A stretch of 64,000 nucleotides of DNA from contig NC_091980.1 in assembly GCF_044704955.1 (NCBI RefSeq), positions 293,942,001-294,006,000 of the forward strand. Reading direction: 5' to 3'. The position numbers and the translations under genes were made by a program. Numbering within the stretch: position 1 is the first letter of the stretch; each line of letters opens with the position of its first letter. Origin of the DNA: Pristiophorus japonicus (Eukaryota). The notes beneath the pieces are model-generated. The model ran no database searches. It was not told the DNA's origin and was given only the letters and a program-made list of their open reading frames with translations. This document shows, piece after piece, positions 48,352 through 62,100 of this stretch.

Positions 48352-51300
48352 CAGTGGCAGGAAGTAAAGGGTAATGGTCGGCGATGTTTTTGTGACTGGA
48401 AGGCGTTTTCCAGTGGAGTTCCGCAGGGCTCAGTACTATGACCCTTGCTTTTCATGGTATATATCAATGATTTAGACTTGAATGTAGGGGGCTTGATTAA
48501 GAATTTGCAGATGATTGGCTGTGTGGTTTATAGTAAGAAAGCTGTAGACTGCAAGAAGATATCAATGGACTGGTCAGGTGGGCAGAAAAGTGGCAAATGG
48601 AATTCAATCCGGAGAAGTGTGAGGTTAATGTGTTTGGGGAGGACAAACAAGGCAAGGGAATACACATTACGCGGTGGGATACTGAGGAGTATAGAGGAAC
48701 AGAGAGACCTTGGAGTCCACAGATTCCTGAAGGTAGCAGGCCAGGTAGATAAGGTGGTTAAGAAGGCATACGGGATACTTTCCTTTATTAGCAGAGTCAT
48801 AGAAACATAGAAAATAGGTGCAGGAGTAGGCCATTCAGCCCTTCTAGCCTGCACCGCCATTCAATGAGTTCATGGCTGAACATGCAACTTCAGTATCCCC
48901 TTCCTGCTTTCTCGCCATACTCCTTGATCCCCCCTAGTAGTAAGGACTTCATCTAACTCCCTTTTGAATATATTTAGTGAATTGGCCTCAACAACATTCT
49001 GTGGTAGAGAATTCCACAGGTTCACCACTCTCTGGGTGAAGAAGTTTCTCCTCATCTCGGTCCTAAATGGTTTACCCCTTATCCTTAGACTGTGACCCCT
49101 GGTTCTGGACTTCCCCAATATTGGGAACATTCTTCCTGCATCTAACCAGTCTAAACCCGTCAGAATTTTAAAAGTTTCTATGAGGTCCCCTCTCATTCTT
49201 CTGAACTCCAGTGAATATGAGCCCAGTTGATCCAGTCTTTCTTGATAGGTCAGTCCCACCATCCCGGGAATCAGTCTGGTGAATCTTCGCTGCACTCCCT
49301 CAAGAGCAAGAATGTCCTTCCTCAAGTTAGGAGACCAAAACTATACACAATACTCCAGGTGTGGCCTCACCAAGGCCCTGTACAACTGTAGCAACACCTC
49401 CCTGCCCCTGTACTCAAATCCCCTCGCTATGAAGGGCAACATGCCATTTGCTTTCTTAACCGCCTGCTGTACCTGCATGCCAACCTTCAATGACTGATGT
49501 ACCATGACACCCAGGTCTCGTTGCACCTCTCCTTTTCCTAATCTGTCACCATTCAGATAATAGTCTGTCTCTCTGTTTTTACCACCAAAGTGGATAACCT
49601 CACATTTATCCACATTATACTTCATCTGCCATGCATTTGCCCACTCACCTAACCTATCCAAGTCACTCTGCAGCCTCATTGCATCCTCCTCGCAGCTCAC
49701 ATTGCCACCCAACTTTGTGTCATCCGCAAATTTGGAGATACTACATTTAATCCCCTCGTCTAAATCATTAATGTACAATGTAAACAGCTGGGGCCCCAGC
49801 ACAGAACCTTGCGGTACCCCACTAGTCACTGCCTGCCATTCTGAAAAGTACCCATTTACTCCTACTCTTTGCTTCCTGTCTGACAACCAGTTCTCAATCC
49901 ACGTCAGCACACTACCCCCAATCCCATGTGCTTTAACTTTGCACATTAATCTCTTGTGTGGGACCTTGTCGAAAGCCTTCTGAAAGTCCAAATGTACCAA
50001 CTGGTTCTCCCTTGTCCACTTTACTGGAAACATCCTCAAAAAATTCCAGAAGATTTGTCAAGCATGATTTCCCTTTCACAAATCCATGCTGACTTGGACC
50101 TATCATGTCACCTCTTTCCAAAAGCGCTGCTATGACATCCTTAATAATTGATTCCATCATTTTACCCACTACTGAGGTCAGGCTGACCGGTCTATAATTC
50201 CCTGTTTTCTCTCTCCCTCCTTTTTTAAAAAGTGGGGTTACATTGGCTACCCTCCACTCGATAGGAACTGATCCAGAGTCAATGGAATGTTGGAAAATGA
50301 CTGTCATTGCATCCGCTATTTCCAAGGCCACCTCCTTAAGTACTCTGGGATGCACGGCCTTCAATCCCATCAATTTCCCCAACACAATTTCCCGACTAAT
50401 AAAGATTTCCCTCAGTTCCTCCTCCTTACTAGACCCTCTGACCCCTTTTATATCCGGAAGGTTGTTGGTGTCCTCCTTAGTGAATACCGAACCAAAGTAC
50501 TTGTTCAATTGGTCTGCCATTTCTTTGTTCCCCGTTATGACTTCCCCTGATTCTGACTGCAGGGGACCTACGTTTGTCTTTACTAACCTTTTTCTCTTTA
50601 CATACCTATAGAAACTTTTGTAATCCGCCTTAATGTTCCCTGCAAGCTTCTTCTCGTACTCCATTTTCCCTGCCCTAATCAAACCCTTTGTCCTCCTCTG
50701 CTGAGTTCTAAATTTCTCCCAGTCCCCGGGTTCGCTGCTATTTCTGGCCAATTTGTATGCCACTTCCTTGGCTTTAATACTATCCCTGATTTCCCTTGAT
50801 AGCCACGGTTGAGCCACCTTCCCTTTTTTATTTTTACGCCAGACAGGAATGTACAATTGTTGTAGTTCATCCATGCAGTCTCTAAATGTCTGCCATTGCC
50901 CATCCACAGTCAACCTCTTAAGTATCATTCGCCAATATATCCTAGCCAATTCATGCCTCATACCTTCAAAGTTACCCTTCTTTAAGTTCTAAAAAAAAAA
51001 ATATAAGTCATAAAATATAAGAGCAGGGAGGTTATGCTTCAATTGTATAAAACACTAGTTAGGCCACAGCTGGAGTACTACGTGCAGTCTGGTCACCACA
51101 TTACAGGAAAGATGTGATTGCGCTACAGAGGGTACAGCAGAGATTTACGAGGGTATTGTCAGGACTGGAGAATTTTATCTCAAGGTAAGATTGGATATGC
51201 TGAGGTTGTTTTCTTTAAAAATGAGGAGGCTGAGGGGAGAATTTAAGTGAAGTGCATGAAATTATGAAGGGACCAGATAGAGTGGATAGGAGGGACCTAT

Positions 51301-51590
51301 TCCCCTTAGCAGAGAGGTCAAGTAACCAGGGGGCAGATTTAAAGGTAGAAGGATTAGAGGGGAGATGAGAGAGCTTTTCACCCAGAGGGTGATGGGAGTC
51401 TGGAATTAACTGCCTGAAAGAGTGGAAGAGGCAAAAAACCCTCATCACATTTAAAAAGTACTTGGATATGCATTAGCAGTGTCGTAACCTACAAGGCTAC
51501 TGACCAAGAGCTGGAAAGTGGGATTAGGCTGGGTAGCTCTTTGTCAGCCGGCACAGACACAATGGGCCAAATGGCCTCCTTTTGTGCCAG
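48352..51590 (+). mobile_element. Older CR1 (48352-48801, 51006-51590) split by a younger antisense CR1
   Basis: Host reads ...FISR into YKSREVMLQLYKTLVRPQLEY across the insertion; apparent TSD agtcata at 48795-48801 and 51006-51012. Confidence 0.85.
48799..50990 (-). mobile_element. Young CR1/HER1-type LINE, 5'-truncated, in ISCA2 intron 1
   Basis: Long ORF2 pieces (342, 232 and 151 aa) with RT motifs; tail (tttctatg)2. Confidence 0.95.
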
Positions 51591-52252
51591 ATGCAAATTG
51601 ACTACAGTGTCTACCAACAAAACAATAGTGATTGCTCATTGAAAATGTTTTTTTGGCTGCAAAGTGCTTTGAATGCAAATGCAAGGCTTTCTCTCTTTCA
51701 CCCCTGACTTGCATTTAAAATAAGCAAGGCATCAAGGTCACACACTCAGTTGGAACAAACTCTTTAGCCACTGATCCCATGCAGCTCCTATCAATTCCTT
51801 AATACTGAAATGCTGACGTAATCAGAGGATGTGTCGCTGTCAGAGTCTAATGGTGTGGGAGCAGAATGAATATGTGCAGAGAGCTTGCTGATGCATCCTG
51901 GGGTTAATGACAAGTTAATTCAGGACCATCTCTCATTTCTCATGGCTCATTGTTTAAGCAAGATTTTCAAATCAGTCTGAATTCCCATTGTCATTTTTAG
52001 TGCTTGTTATAATCGTGAGCAGAACACTTTCCACTTTCAGCATCCAGTAGGCATGATCAAGTACATTTTCAGTTAGATGGAGAGTGTAGCTTCTTTCTCT
52101 GTCCCTACAATGTGCGATGCCCCAATCTCAGAAAAGCGGCTCTGACACTGCCCTGAGTCCTAATGTCGGTGTTGACAAGTATTTACATTGCATTCTTCTA
52201 ATTGGGACCAAAGCATAGTGGAATTTGACTTACTAGGCTCTTTAGTGTCATG

Positions 52253-52655
52253 TGTCAGCTGTGGCTCAGTGGGTAGCACACTCGTCTCTGAGTCAGAAGG
52301 TTGTGGATTCAAGTACCCACTCCAGAGACTTGAGCACACTAATCTAGGCTGACATTCCAGTTCACTGCTGAGGGAGTGCTGCACTGTCAGAGGTGCCGTC
52401 TTTTGGATGAGACGTTAAACAGAGGCCCCGTCTGCCCTCTCAAGTGGACATAAAAGATCCCATAGCACTATTTCAAAGACGAGCAGAGGAGTTATCCCTG
52501 GTGTCCTGGCCAATATTTATCCCTCAATCAATATAACAAAAAAAAACAGATTATCTGGTCATTATCACATTGCTGTTTGTGGGAGCTTGCTGTGCACAAA
52601 TTGGCTGCCGCGTTTCCCACATTACAACAGTGACTACACTCCAAAAGTACTTCTT
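52253..52655 (+). mobile_element. Deu-domain SINE, near full length
   Basis: A/B boxes and core colinear with 9610-10068. Confidence 0.88.
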
Positions 52656-52774
52656 TCTTTTAAGCATTGCAGTTTTTTTCCAATTTGCTCATGTGCGCAA
52701 GCCAGGTCATTCTGTCTCTTAGTTTGCCCACCTTTCTGCCAACTGACATTTTTCATTTTTATGTTTTTCAATAG

Positions 52775-52961
52775 GGTGCCGTGTTTGTCCATTTGTTTGC
52801 AGAGCCAGCCTGTGTTATTGGCTAAGACAACTCGCTTTGTGGCCCACAGGGAATTGCTAGCTTCACGAATAACTAGAAGGTGCTTCTCAGCTGGTCAAGA
52901 AACTGAATCAAAATCTGGTGCATCCCAGGACACTGTGTCCATCAGTGACAGCTGTGTTCAG
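52775..52961 (+). CDS. isca2: ISCA2 exon 2 (187 nt)
   Basis: T-rich tract + TAG acceptor; open frame ending VSISDSCVQ then GTAAAG donor (cf. human LTDSCVQ). Confidence 0.9.
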
Positions 52962-53474
52962 GTAAAGAGAGTAAGATGGTACGGTTTACCACTATTAGTT
53001 ACAAATGACATGGAGCTGCTATAGGGAGTGTTAAATATACTAACGGGATACCAATAAGGAGTTCCTAACTATGTTGTTTGCTAAATTAGTAGGGGAAATC
53101 AGTCTCCCAGATATAGACTAACATCTCTCTCCTAACCAGTGTAACGTTTCATGCTTATAGTATCTCTGCGTGAATTTACCAATTAGTACAGAATTATGAG
53201 CAGTTTTGTGCTGTGCCTTGTATTTGGTTGAGACCCCTCCCAAACTCATTAACCTTCATGAGGAAAGAGGAGAAAGTGGCTTTCTTTCCATCGGCCTGTG
53301 GTGGATTCTAGCCCTGGTCCCAGGCAGTGACCAAACCCACAACACAAGCAATTTCCCACACTATGATGTGATATCATCATCATAGACAGTCCCTCGGAAT
53401 CGAGGTAGACTTGCTTCCACTCTTAACATGATGCGATATAACCTGTAGTCAATTAGTAAGAAATTTCATGGCCT

Positions 53475-54002
53475 GGAGATGTGGTGGATGCAGAAACCCT
53501 CACCACATTTAAAAGGTGTTTGGATGGGCACTTTAAGTGCCATAACCTGCAGGGTTATGGACCTAGAGCTGGTAAGTGGGATTAGACTGGATAACCTGTT
53601 GTTGGCTGGCGCAGGTACGATGGTAAGTACTGCAGGGAATCGAATATGGCCAGGGTGATCTCCTGGACTAGTTTCAATCGCCTGGATGGGTCGAAGAGGA
53701 ATTTTCCCAGATGTTTTTCCCCCAATTAGCCTGGGTTTTTATCTGTTTTTTGCTTCTCCCAGGAGATCATATGGCTCCGGTTGGGGTGGAGTGTAGAATG
53801 TTTCGGTGTAAGAGGTGTTGCAGTAGTGTGGGACGGGACTGATTGGGCCGGATGCTCTTTATCTTTCCGCCATTGTTCATTGTTCATAGGTTTATATGTA
53901 ACCTTCAGGGCTGCTGAGCGAGGGCCGTGTGGCTCTTTGTCGGCCGGCGCGGACACGATGGGCCGAAATGGCCTCCTTCTGCGCTGTAGATTTCTATGTT
54001 CT
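53475..54002 (+). mobile_element. Composite CR1-related 3' fragment
   Basis: CR1 3' UTR motifs at both ends (gcagaaaccctcaccacattt; gggccgaaatggcctccttctgcgctgtagatttctatgttct) with ~300 nt of other sequence between. Confidence 0.6.
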
Positions 54003-54090
54003 AACAGCTCACTGTATTCATAGCAACTTTATGAAGCTTCTAAATAAATTATAACATTTTTAAGTTCATTTAATTATATCTGTGTTACAG

Positions 54091-54206
54091 CGGCTACAGA
54101 AGATTTTGGAAAAGGATGAGTTCCTGAGGGTACAAGTGGAAGGAGGTGGCTGCTCAGGATTCCAGTACAAATTCATACTGGATAAAACAATAGAACCAGA
54201 TGACAG
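54091..54206 (+). CDS. isca2: ISCA2 exon 3 (116 nt)
   Basis: CAG/GT sites; [38 protein letters not shown], with the HesB/IscA GGCSG motif. Confidence 0.97.
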
Positions 54207-55104
54207 GTAAAAAAAAAAACATTATCTATTCACTGGTGTTCCACGCTTTGTTGCTCAATAGTAAAGTTCACCCGACATCACACATGCAGAATAGGCTATG
54301 GCCTGCTAAAACTACTCTGATCTGCTCACCTTTCTGATTTAGTTCTAATCTTCTTCACGGGAGGCACTGCACAGATCGTGTGGAGGAACGGAGATGCTAG
54401 CCTATGGTCTGCCATTCTGTGGTGTGGTATGTGGCTGCCCTAATAAGCCACTGGGAACTTTATTGTACTATCGATCATTCACCTTTTCCCTTTGGAAAGT
54501 ATGCTTCCTTCATAGAGATGGGCATTATTCGCCGGATTGTGAAGCAGGTGATGGTTGGGCACTCAGGTTCTCCTGATCTCCCGAAGTAAGTTGAATATCA
54601 GTCATGAATAGCATATTTGATGGGATGCTATCAGTCCTCATCTAAAGAGGACAGCAGGCATTCGAAGTAGTCAGTGTGATTTTAGAATCAGTAAGTAATT
54701 TCTCAGAAACCCATTAGGATTCTTTTGAGGAAGGAACTACGTTTGTGTATGACAACCATCCTTGGATATACCTTTTAATTGGGATTTTACCAGGCATTTG
54801 GCAAAGTTTTTACCTTTTAAAGAAGGTTAGAGCTCATTGAGTTTAATGAGAGATTGCCATCCAGGTTCAAAATAGGTTCAGTGTGCCAATTTCAATCCTT
54901 CTTAACCAACATCAGATTCTAATCCTGAATATCTGAGAATACACTTTCTCTCATTTTCCCATCTGTCCCCAGGTTTTGAAATCTGGAAATACCCCCACAT
55001 TTATATTCAAGTCACTATCTAGGTCCAGCTAGAGTGTGTGCTGCACCAGAATTGTGCACTGTGTTCTGTTGTTACAAACCAAAAAAAGTAGGCAACATCT
55101 TGCG

Positions 55105-56803
55105 CAAAGGGTAATGGTTGATGGGTGTTTTTGAGACTGGAAGGATGTTTCCAGTGGGGTTCTGCTGGGCTCAGTACTAGGTCCCTTGCTTTTTGTGATA
55201 TACATCAATGATCTAGACTTGAATATAGGGGGTATGATTAAGAAGTTTGCAGATGGTACTAAAATTGGCTGTGTGGTTGATAATGAAGAAGAAAGCTGCG
55301 GACTGCACGGGAATATCAATCAACTGGTCAGGTGGGAAGAACAGTGGCAAATGGAATTTTATCCAGAGAAGTGTGAGGGCTGACAAGGAAAGGGAATGCA
55401 CATTAAATGGTAGGACGCTGAGAAGTGTAGAGCAACAAAGGGACCTTGGAGTGCATGGCGGTTAAGAAAGCAAATGGCATGTTGGCCTTCATAGCGAGGG
55501 GATTTGAGTACATGAGCAGGGAGGTGTTACTATAGTTGCACAGGGCCTTGGTGAGGCCACACCTGGAGTATTGTGTACAGTTTTGGCCTCCTAACTTGAG
55601 GACGGACATTCTTGCTATTGAGAGAGTGCAGCGAAGGTTCACCAGACTGATTCCCAGGATGGCGGGACTGACATATCAAGAAAGACTGGATCAACTGGGC
55701 TTGTATTCACTGGAGTTCAGAAGAATGAGAGGGGATCTCATAGAAACGTTTAAAATTCTGATGGGTTTAGACAGGTTAGATGCAGGAAGAATGTTCCCAA
55801 TGTTGGGGAAGTCCAGAACCAGGGGTCACAGTCTAAGGATAAGGGGTAAGCCATTTAGGACCGAGATGAGGAGAAACTTCTTCACCCAGAGAGTGGTGAA
55901 CCTGTGGAATTCTCTACCACAAAAAGTTGTTGAGGCTAATTCACTAAATATATTCAAAAGGGAGTTCGATGTAGTCCTTACTACTAGGGGGGATCAAGGA
56001 GTATGGCGAGAAAGCAGGAATGGGGTACTGAGGTTGCATGTTCAGCCATGAACTCATTGAATGGCGGTGCAGGCTCGAAGGGCCGAATGGCCTACTCCTG
56101 CACCTATTTTCTATGTTTCTATGTCAACAAGATCCCTGAAAGTGTCGGGCCAGATAGGTAAGGTGGTTAAGGCATCCGGAATGCTTGCCTTTTTTAGCTG
56201 AGGCATAGAATATATGAGCAGGGTGGTTATGCTTGAACTGTATAAAACACTAGTTAGGCCACAGCTGGAGTTCTGCGTACAGTTCTGGTCACTGCATTGC
56301 AGGAAGGATGTGATTGCACTGGAGAGGGTACAGAGGAGATTTACAAGGATGTTGCCGGGAGTGGAGAATCTTGGCTATGGGGACAGATTGGATAGGCTGG
56401 ATTTGTTTTCCTTGGAACAGAGGAGGCTGAGGGCAGACCTCATTGAGGTGTATAAAATCATGAGGGGCCTAGATAGAGTGGATACAAAGGATAGCAGATT
56501 GTTAACAACCAGGGGGATTAAATTTAAAGTAATTGGTCGAAGGTTTAGAGGGGTATTGAGGGGAAATTTCTTCATGCAGAGTTTGTGGGGGTATGGAACT
56601 CACTGCTTGAAAGGGTGGTAGAGGCAGAAACCTTCACCACATTTAAAAAGTACTTGGATGTGCACTTGAAGTGCCGTAACCTACAGGGCTACGGACCAAG
56701 AGCTGAAAAGTGGGATTAGACTGGATAACCTCTTGTTGGCCGGCACGGACAAAATGGGCCCGAAATGGCCTCCTTCCGTGCTGTAAACTTTTATGATTCT
56801 ATG
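55105..56803 (+). mobile_element. Older CR1 (55105-55457, 56124-56803) split by a young CR1 3' fragment (55458-56123)
   Basis: Host ggaccttggagtgcatg resumes at tcaacaagatccctgaaag; insert ends in (tttctatg)2. Confidence 0.88.
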
Positions 56804-57219
56804 CTTTATAGTCTTGTGGATAGCAGCAGGTAAAACACACATTACAAAAAGAACCACTTTCAATCACAATAAATTCAAAATGGGAGCTGCCAAATGCAGT
56901 TGAGTTTATAGCATTGAGGCTTGGAGGAGTAAGGGACTCTCTCAAATGCAGCTTGATGCTGCAGTGACTCTGTCTAAATGTTGCTTAATCTAAAAGGCAC
57001 ATTGCAGTACAAGTGATGCACTCTGGGTTGTAGCACAATTGTATCATAAGAGAGCCTGAATTCCCAAAATGTACATGACGTGCTGAAGGAGAGCTCATGA
57101 CTGTTAATTTAACTCCAGCATGAATTATAAATGAGTCTGGCATGAAATATCTTTAAAAAAAATATATATATATACTAATTTTACACTCTGTTAATTGTAT
57201 GGTTGTCTTTACAAATTAG

Positions 57220-57394
57220 GGTCTTTGAACAGGATGGAGTTTGCATTGTCGTTGACTCCGACAGTCTGGTGTACCTGAAGGGAGGGACGGTGGATTACAG
57301 TGAAGAACTGATCCGTAGCTCATTTCATGTGATCCACAATCCACAGGCAGAACATGGATGTTCCTGTGGGAGCTCCTTTTCCATCAAACTCTAA
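57220..57394 (+). CDS. isca2: ISCA2 exon 4 (last coding exon)
   Basis: TAG acceptor; [60 protein letters not shown] with the CxCGxSF motif; spliced product 180 aa. Confidence 0.98.
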
Positions 57395-58105
57395 GTGAGA
57401 CCTCTTGTGTTGCAGCTCGTCTTCCATCTTCCATTAAAAAAAATTCCTCACTAAACCTGGCCTGCCCTGGAGAAGGCCCAGCCAAGCTTAAAACAATGTA
57501 GTGACCTTGTAGCCTAGTTGAGGATTACAAAGAGAACAAACGTTAAGAGAACACTTGAGTTGCATTATTTATGCTTTGTAATGGGATACTGCCAAATGTG
57601 TTGGAACAAAATGTGCTAGTAGTAGCATGAGTTGTACAAATGTTTTCTTTTCATGACGTGATAGCTTTTTGACTCTTCAAAGTGAAATAATATGAGGGAC
57701 AGTGAAGGAATTGAATCTAAAGTGCGTCTCCCCACACCTCAAGAAAGACTGGAAAAACTATTTGCAGTATTTCTTATCTGAAGAGAAATATCTAGCATGG
57801 TGTCTCCGCTTCTTGGAGACTTGACGAGGGTGGAAGTGACCAACTAACCCCCATTCACTTGATCATGTATCAACACCCTTCCCTGTTTGGCACTCACGCT
57901 AAAGTAAAATGCTCAGTAACAGCCATGATTTATCTTTTAATTAGGTTTACGCACTGCGTTGGCATACCTTGGCTCCGATGGACCATCTCTGTCCTGTTGC
58001 TAATGTTGAGATGGGTGGCTGTGTTGAAATGCCACAGAGACTTGGTAATCTTCAAATGTTTTAACTTGCTTGGTCAGCTCTGATGTTTCACCAAGCGTCA
58101 GCTTA

Positions 58106-58530
58106 GCATCATACAGCACAGAAGGAGGCCATTGGGCCCACTGTGCCTCTGCCGGCTCTTTGAAAGAGCTATCCAATTAGAACCACTCCCCTCCCTGCTC
58201 TTTCCCCATAGCCCAGCAAATTTTTCCCCTATGTATTTATCCAATTCCTTTTTGAAAGTTATTATTGAATCTGCTCCCACCACCCTTTCAGGCATTACGT
58301 TCCAGATCATAACAACTCTCTGTGTAATACACAATTCTTCTCGTCTTCCCTCTGGTTCATTTGCCAATTACCTTAAATCTGTGCCCCCGGTTTAACGACC
58401 CTCCTGCTAGTGGAAACAGTTTCTCCCCATTTACTCTATCGAAACCCCTCATAATTTTGAACACCTCTATCAAATCTTTCCAAAACCTTCTCTGCTCCAA
58501 GGAGAACAATCCCAGCTTCTCTAGTCTCTA
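58106..58530 (-). mobile_element. CR1 3'-end fragment, degenerate
   Basis: TQRVVMIWNVMPERVV; GPNGLLLCC 3' UTR motif. Confidence 0.75.
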
Positions 58531-59663
58531 CTTGTGGGACTAGAATCTGTTAAAGTCTCATGTGGCAATTTGCTTCCTGTCTGAAGTTAACGGCTCTAAT
58601 CTGCATTCAGTCATCTGCACATAAGACAACTAGACTGAGGCAGAAGTTTATTTCACTAAGTCCTGAAGTTGACCATTGGTCCAGAGAACCCCAGAAACAT
58701 TTTTTTCTGCTCTGTTCCTCCTCCTTTCCCCAATGCTGTCTGTGGTGTTCTCCCTAAATTTACTTAGTGTAAGAAATAAATTGGTGTGATTACCATTATA
58801 AGTACCTTCACTATCGTTTTTTAACATTTTTCTTTAAAGTTAATTTGTAACATAGAAAAAAATTCATGAGCTGACTTGTCCAGTGCGGCTGTGCCATTAT
58901 CGGAAGTCTGCATGATGCTAGTCTGCACCAGAGAGAAGAACATGAAGCAGAGTCCTGAACTCGCATCGCGACCTTGATACCAGCACAAAGGGTCTGTGTG
59001 AAACTTTATCTTTATTCTCTTTACCTATTCTCAGACGGGTAGGAGATTTGGTTATAGTCTTCTACAGAGCAGCAACCTACTGTGTATAGAATTCTGAGCT
59101 CACATCAAGCTGGCTTATATGAGATTTAATTAAAAATGGTTTCTGGGATAAGAACAATGGTGAAGATCATATTTATATTTATAGGTCTCAATTTTATGAA
59201 TTTAATTTCTGCCCTCTATTTTCTACTTCTCATATCTTTTTACTTCACAGCATTTAAAACATTTTTTTTTGTTGCAGTTTTTAAAATGCCCACTTTTCTC
59301 TCTGACTCCCCAACTTTGTCTTATTTCATCCTTACTCTTGTCCTTTTCTCAGCGCTGGCCAGGTTATGTAGGTGGAAATGTAAGATCAGCTTACAGCTTT
59401 TACTGTCACTACAGTGTACCCTGTTGCACATGATACAACAAAAAATTGCATTTATATAGTGCTTTTAACGTAGTAAAATGTCCCAAGGCGTTCACAGGAG
59501 CCTTATCAAACATTATTTGACACCGAGCCACATAAGGAGATATTAGGACAAGTTACCAAAACTTGGTCAAAGAGGTAGGTTTTAAGAAGTGGTTTAGAGG
59601 ACCAAATACCATGTAACCCTCGATGAATAGTTTATTCTCTTTGAAAAATACGGCAAGTGACTT

Positions 59664-61160
59664 AAGAACATAGGAGCAGGAGTAGGCCCTTTGAGCCTGC
59701 TCCGTCATTCAGTAAGATCATGGCTGATCTTGTACCTCAACTCCGCTATCCCCATATCCCTTGGTTCTCTCAGTACTCAACAACTGAGTCCACAGTCCTC
59801 TGGGGTGCAAAATTCCAAAGCTTCACCATCCTCTGAGTGAAGAAATTTCTCCATCTCAGTCCTAAATGGCCAACCCTTTATTCGGAGACTGTGACCCCTG
59901 ATTCTAGACTCTCCAGCCAGGGGAACCATCTTCCTTGCATCTATCCTGTCAAGCCCCTTAAGAATGTTGTATGTTTCATGAGATCACCTCTCATTCTTCT
60001 AAACTCTAAGGAATATAGGCCTAGTCTACTCAATCTCTCCTCGTAGGACAATCCACTCATCCCAGGAATCCGTCTAGTGGACCTTCATTGCACTCCCTCT
60101 AAGGCAAGTATTTCTTTCGGTAAAGAGATCTAACTACACAGTACTCCAGGTGTGATCTCACCAAGGCCCTATATAATTGCAGCAAGACCTCTTTACTCTT
60201 GTACTCCAATCTTTTTGTAATAAAGGTTAACATACCATTTGCTTTCCTAATTCGTTGCTGTACCTGCATATCAACATTCTGTAATTTGTGTACACGGGCA
60301 CCCAGTTCCCCTTCGTACCAACATTGCCCAATCTCTGTCTCCATCTGGCACATTTTTGGCCACTCACTTAACCTGTCTATATCCCATTGTGTCCTCCTCA
60401 CAACTTACTTTTCTATCTAGCTTTGTATCGTCAGCAAACCTGGATACATTACACTCGGCCCCTTCATCTAGGTCATTAATATAGATTGTAAATAACTGCG
60501 GCCACAGCACTGATCCTTGCAGCACCCCACTAGTTACAGCCTGCCAACTTGAAAATGACCTGCTTATCCTTACTCTCTGCTTTCTGCCCATTAACCAATT
60601 CTCTATGCTAATACATTACCTCCAATCCCATGAGCCCCTATCTTGTGTAGCAGCCTTTTATGTGACACATTTTCGAATGCCTTTTGGAAATCCAAAAATA
60701 CTACATCCTCTGGTTCCCCTTTATCTACCCTGCCAGTTACATCCTCAAAAAATTCTAATAAACTTGTCAAACACAATTTGCCTTTCATAAAACTACGTTG
60801 ACTCTGCCTAATGATGTTATGATTTTCTAAGTGTCCTGATACCACTTCCTTAACAATGGATTCCAGAATTTTCCCAATGACTAATGTCAGGCTAACTGGC
60901 CTGTCATTTTAGTCCCATTAATTTCACCAGTAATATTTCTTTACTAATACAAATCTCTTTAAGTTCCTCATTCTCACTAGACCCTGGGCTGCCCACTATT
61001 TTCAGAATATGTTTCATGTCTTCCATGAAGACATAAAAAGTATGTTTAATGTCTCTACCATTTCCTTATTCCCTATTATAATGTCCCCTGTCTGTGTCTG
61101 TAGGAGACCCATGTTTATTTTCGCGAATCTCTTCCCTTTTACATACCGACAATCTGTTTT
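59664..61160 (-). mobile_element. Degenerate CR1 LINE with internal deletions
   Basis: [29 protein letters not shown] motifs in several frames; 3' tail at ~59664. Confidence 0.88.
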
Positions 61161-61959
61161 TATGTCTTTCACTAAGATTGAGGTTGCTGTTAAGAAGGGA
61201 GGTATGGGAAGGAAAAACCAGAAAGAGCATGTTTTGGTGCAGATGCAAAGCTGGAAAATAAAAGTGCAATACGGGGGAAAAGTGCTGAGAGTTGATGTAT
61301 TCCACTTCTTGCTAGGTTTGTATGGTTAACTTGTCACTGGGTAGCTGACGAGTGGAATTTTCCATCCTTGCCATGACCCATTGTACTCTACCTGTCCTGT
61401 GCTACTGTAGGTGCGTTCAGTCACTTAGACATGTTGAAAACCAGCCCGTTATTCCCTCAACAACATGTAGTGTTTCAGAATGAGAACCTTTGTTCTAGTA
61501 GAATGTGTTAACATGCTGGCGAGTTGGGATTGACCTCTGTCCTACAAAGCAGAAAAAAAAGCACTCCAACAGACTTAAACATTTGTGCTTTTTATTTATG
61601 TTCCAAAGAAAGAGGCCAGCAAGCTGCTTTTTTTGCACTCATCACTACAGTGGCTGTCTAATTGGCATGTGGTAAAATTGTAAATACTTTTTGTACGCAA
61701 TAATAAAGACTCTTTTTGTTTGCACACTGTTCTTTAATGAATCCTGGAGTATTGCCAGCAGATTCTGGAGAAACTGCCTTCCACACCCTTATCTTAACAA
61801 GGCATTGTAAAATATATTATGCAGTTCATATAGCAGAACCCAGAGGTGTTTGTGCATCTGTATGTGTGCTTGCATATATAAATTTACACATACATATAAT
61901 ATACATATATAATAAAAAATCGAGAGACACATACTATGCTCATCAGTGTATTTCATTAG

Positions 61960-62100
61960 GTGTCAGCCTGGGCTCAGCAGCAACATTCGCTTTTTAGAAG
62001 TTTGTGTGAACAAGCCCCACTCCAGAGATTTGAGCGCATAATCTGGGCTGACACTTCAGTGCAGTAACAGTGTTGTACTGTCAGAGTTGTCATCGCAGAT
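61960..62100 (+). mobile_element. Deu-domain SINE head fragment
   Basis: gtgtcagcctgggctcagc...ccactccagagatttgagcgcataatctgggctgacac. Confidence 0.65.

Noticed and set aside
49341-50961. Long reverse-transcriptase ORFs as a host gene or active element
   Set aside because: 5'-truncated, frameshifted CR1 ORF2 with an in-frame stop; same family present many times.
61702-61707. AATAAA as a distal ISCA2 polyadenylation site
   Set aside because: Context is plausible, but it is 4.3 kb past the stop with repeats between and closer ATTAAA candidates exist; cannot be supported without RNA data.
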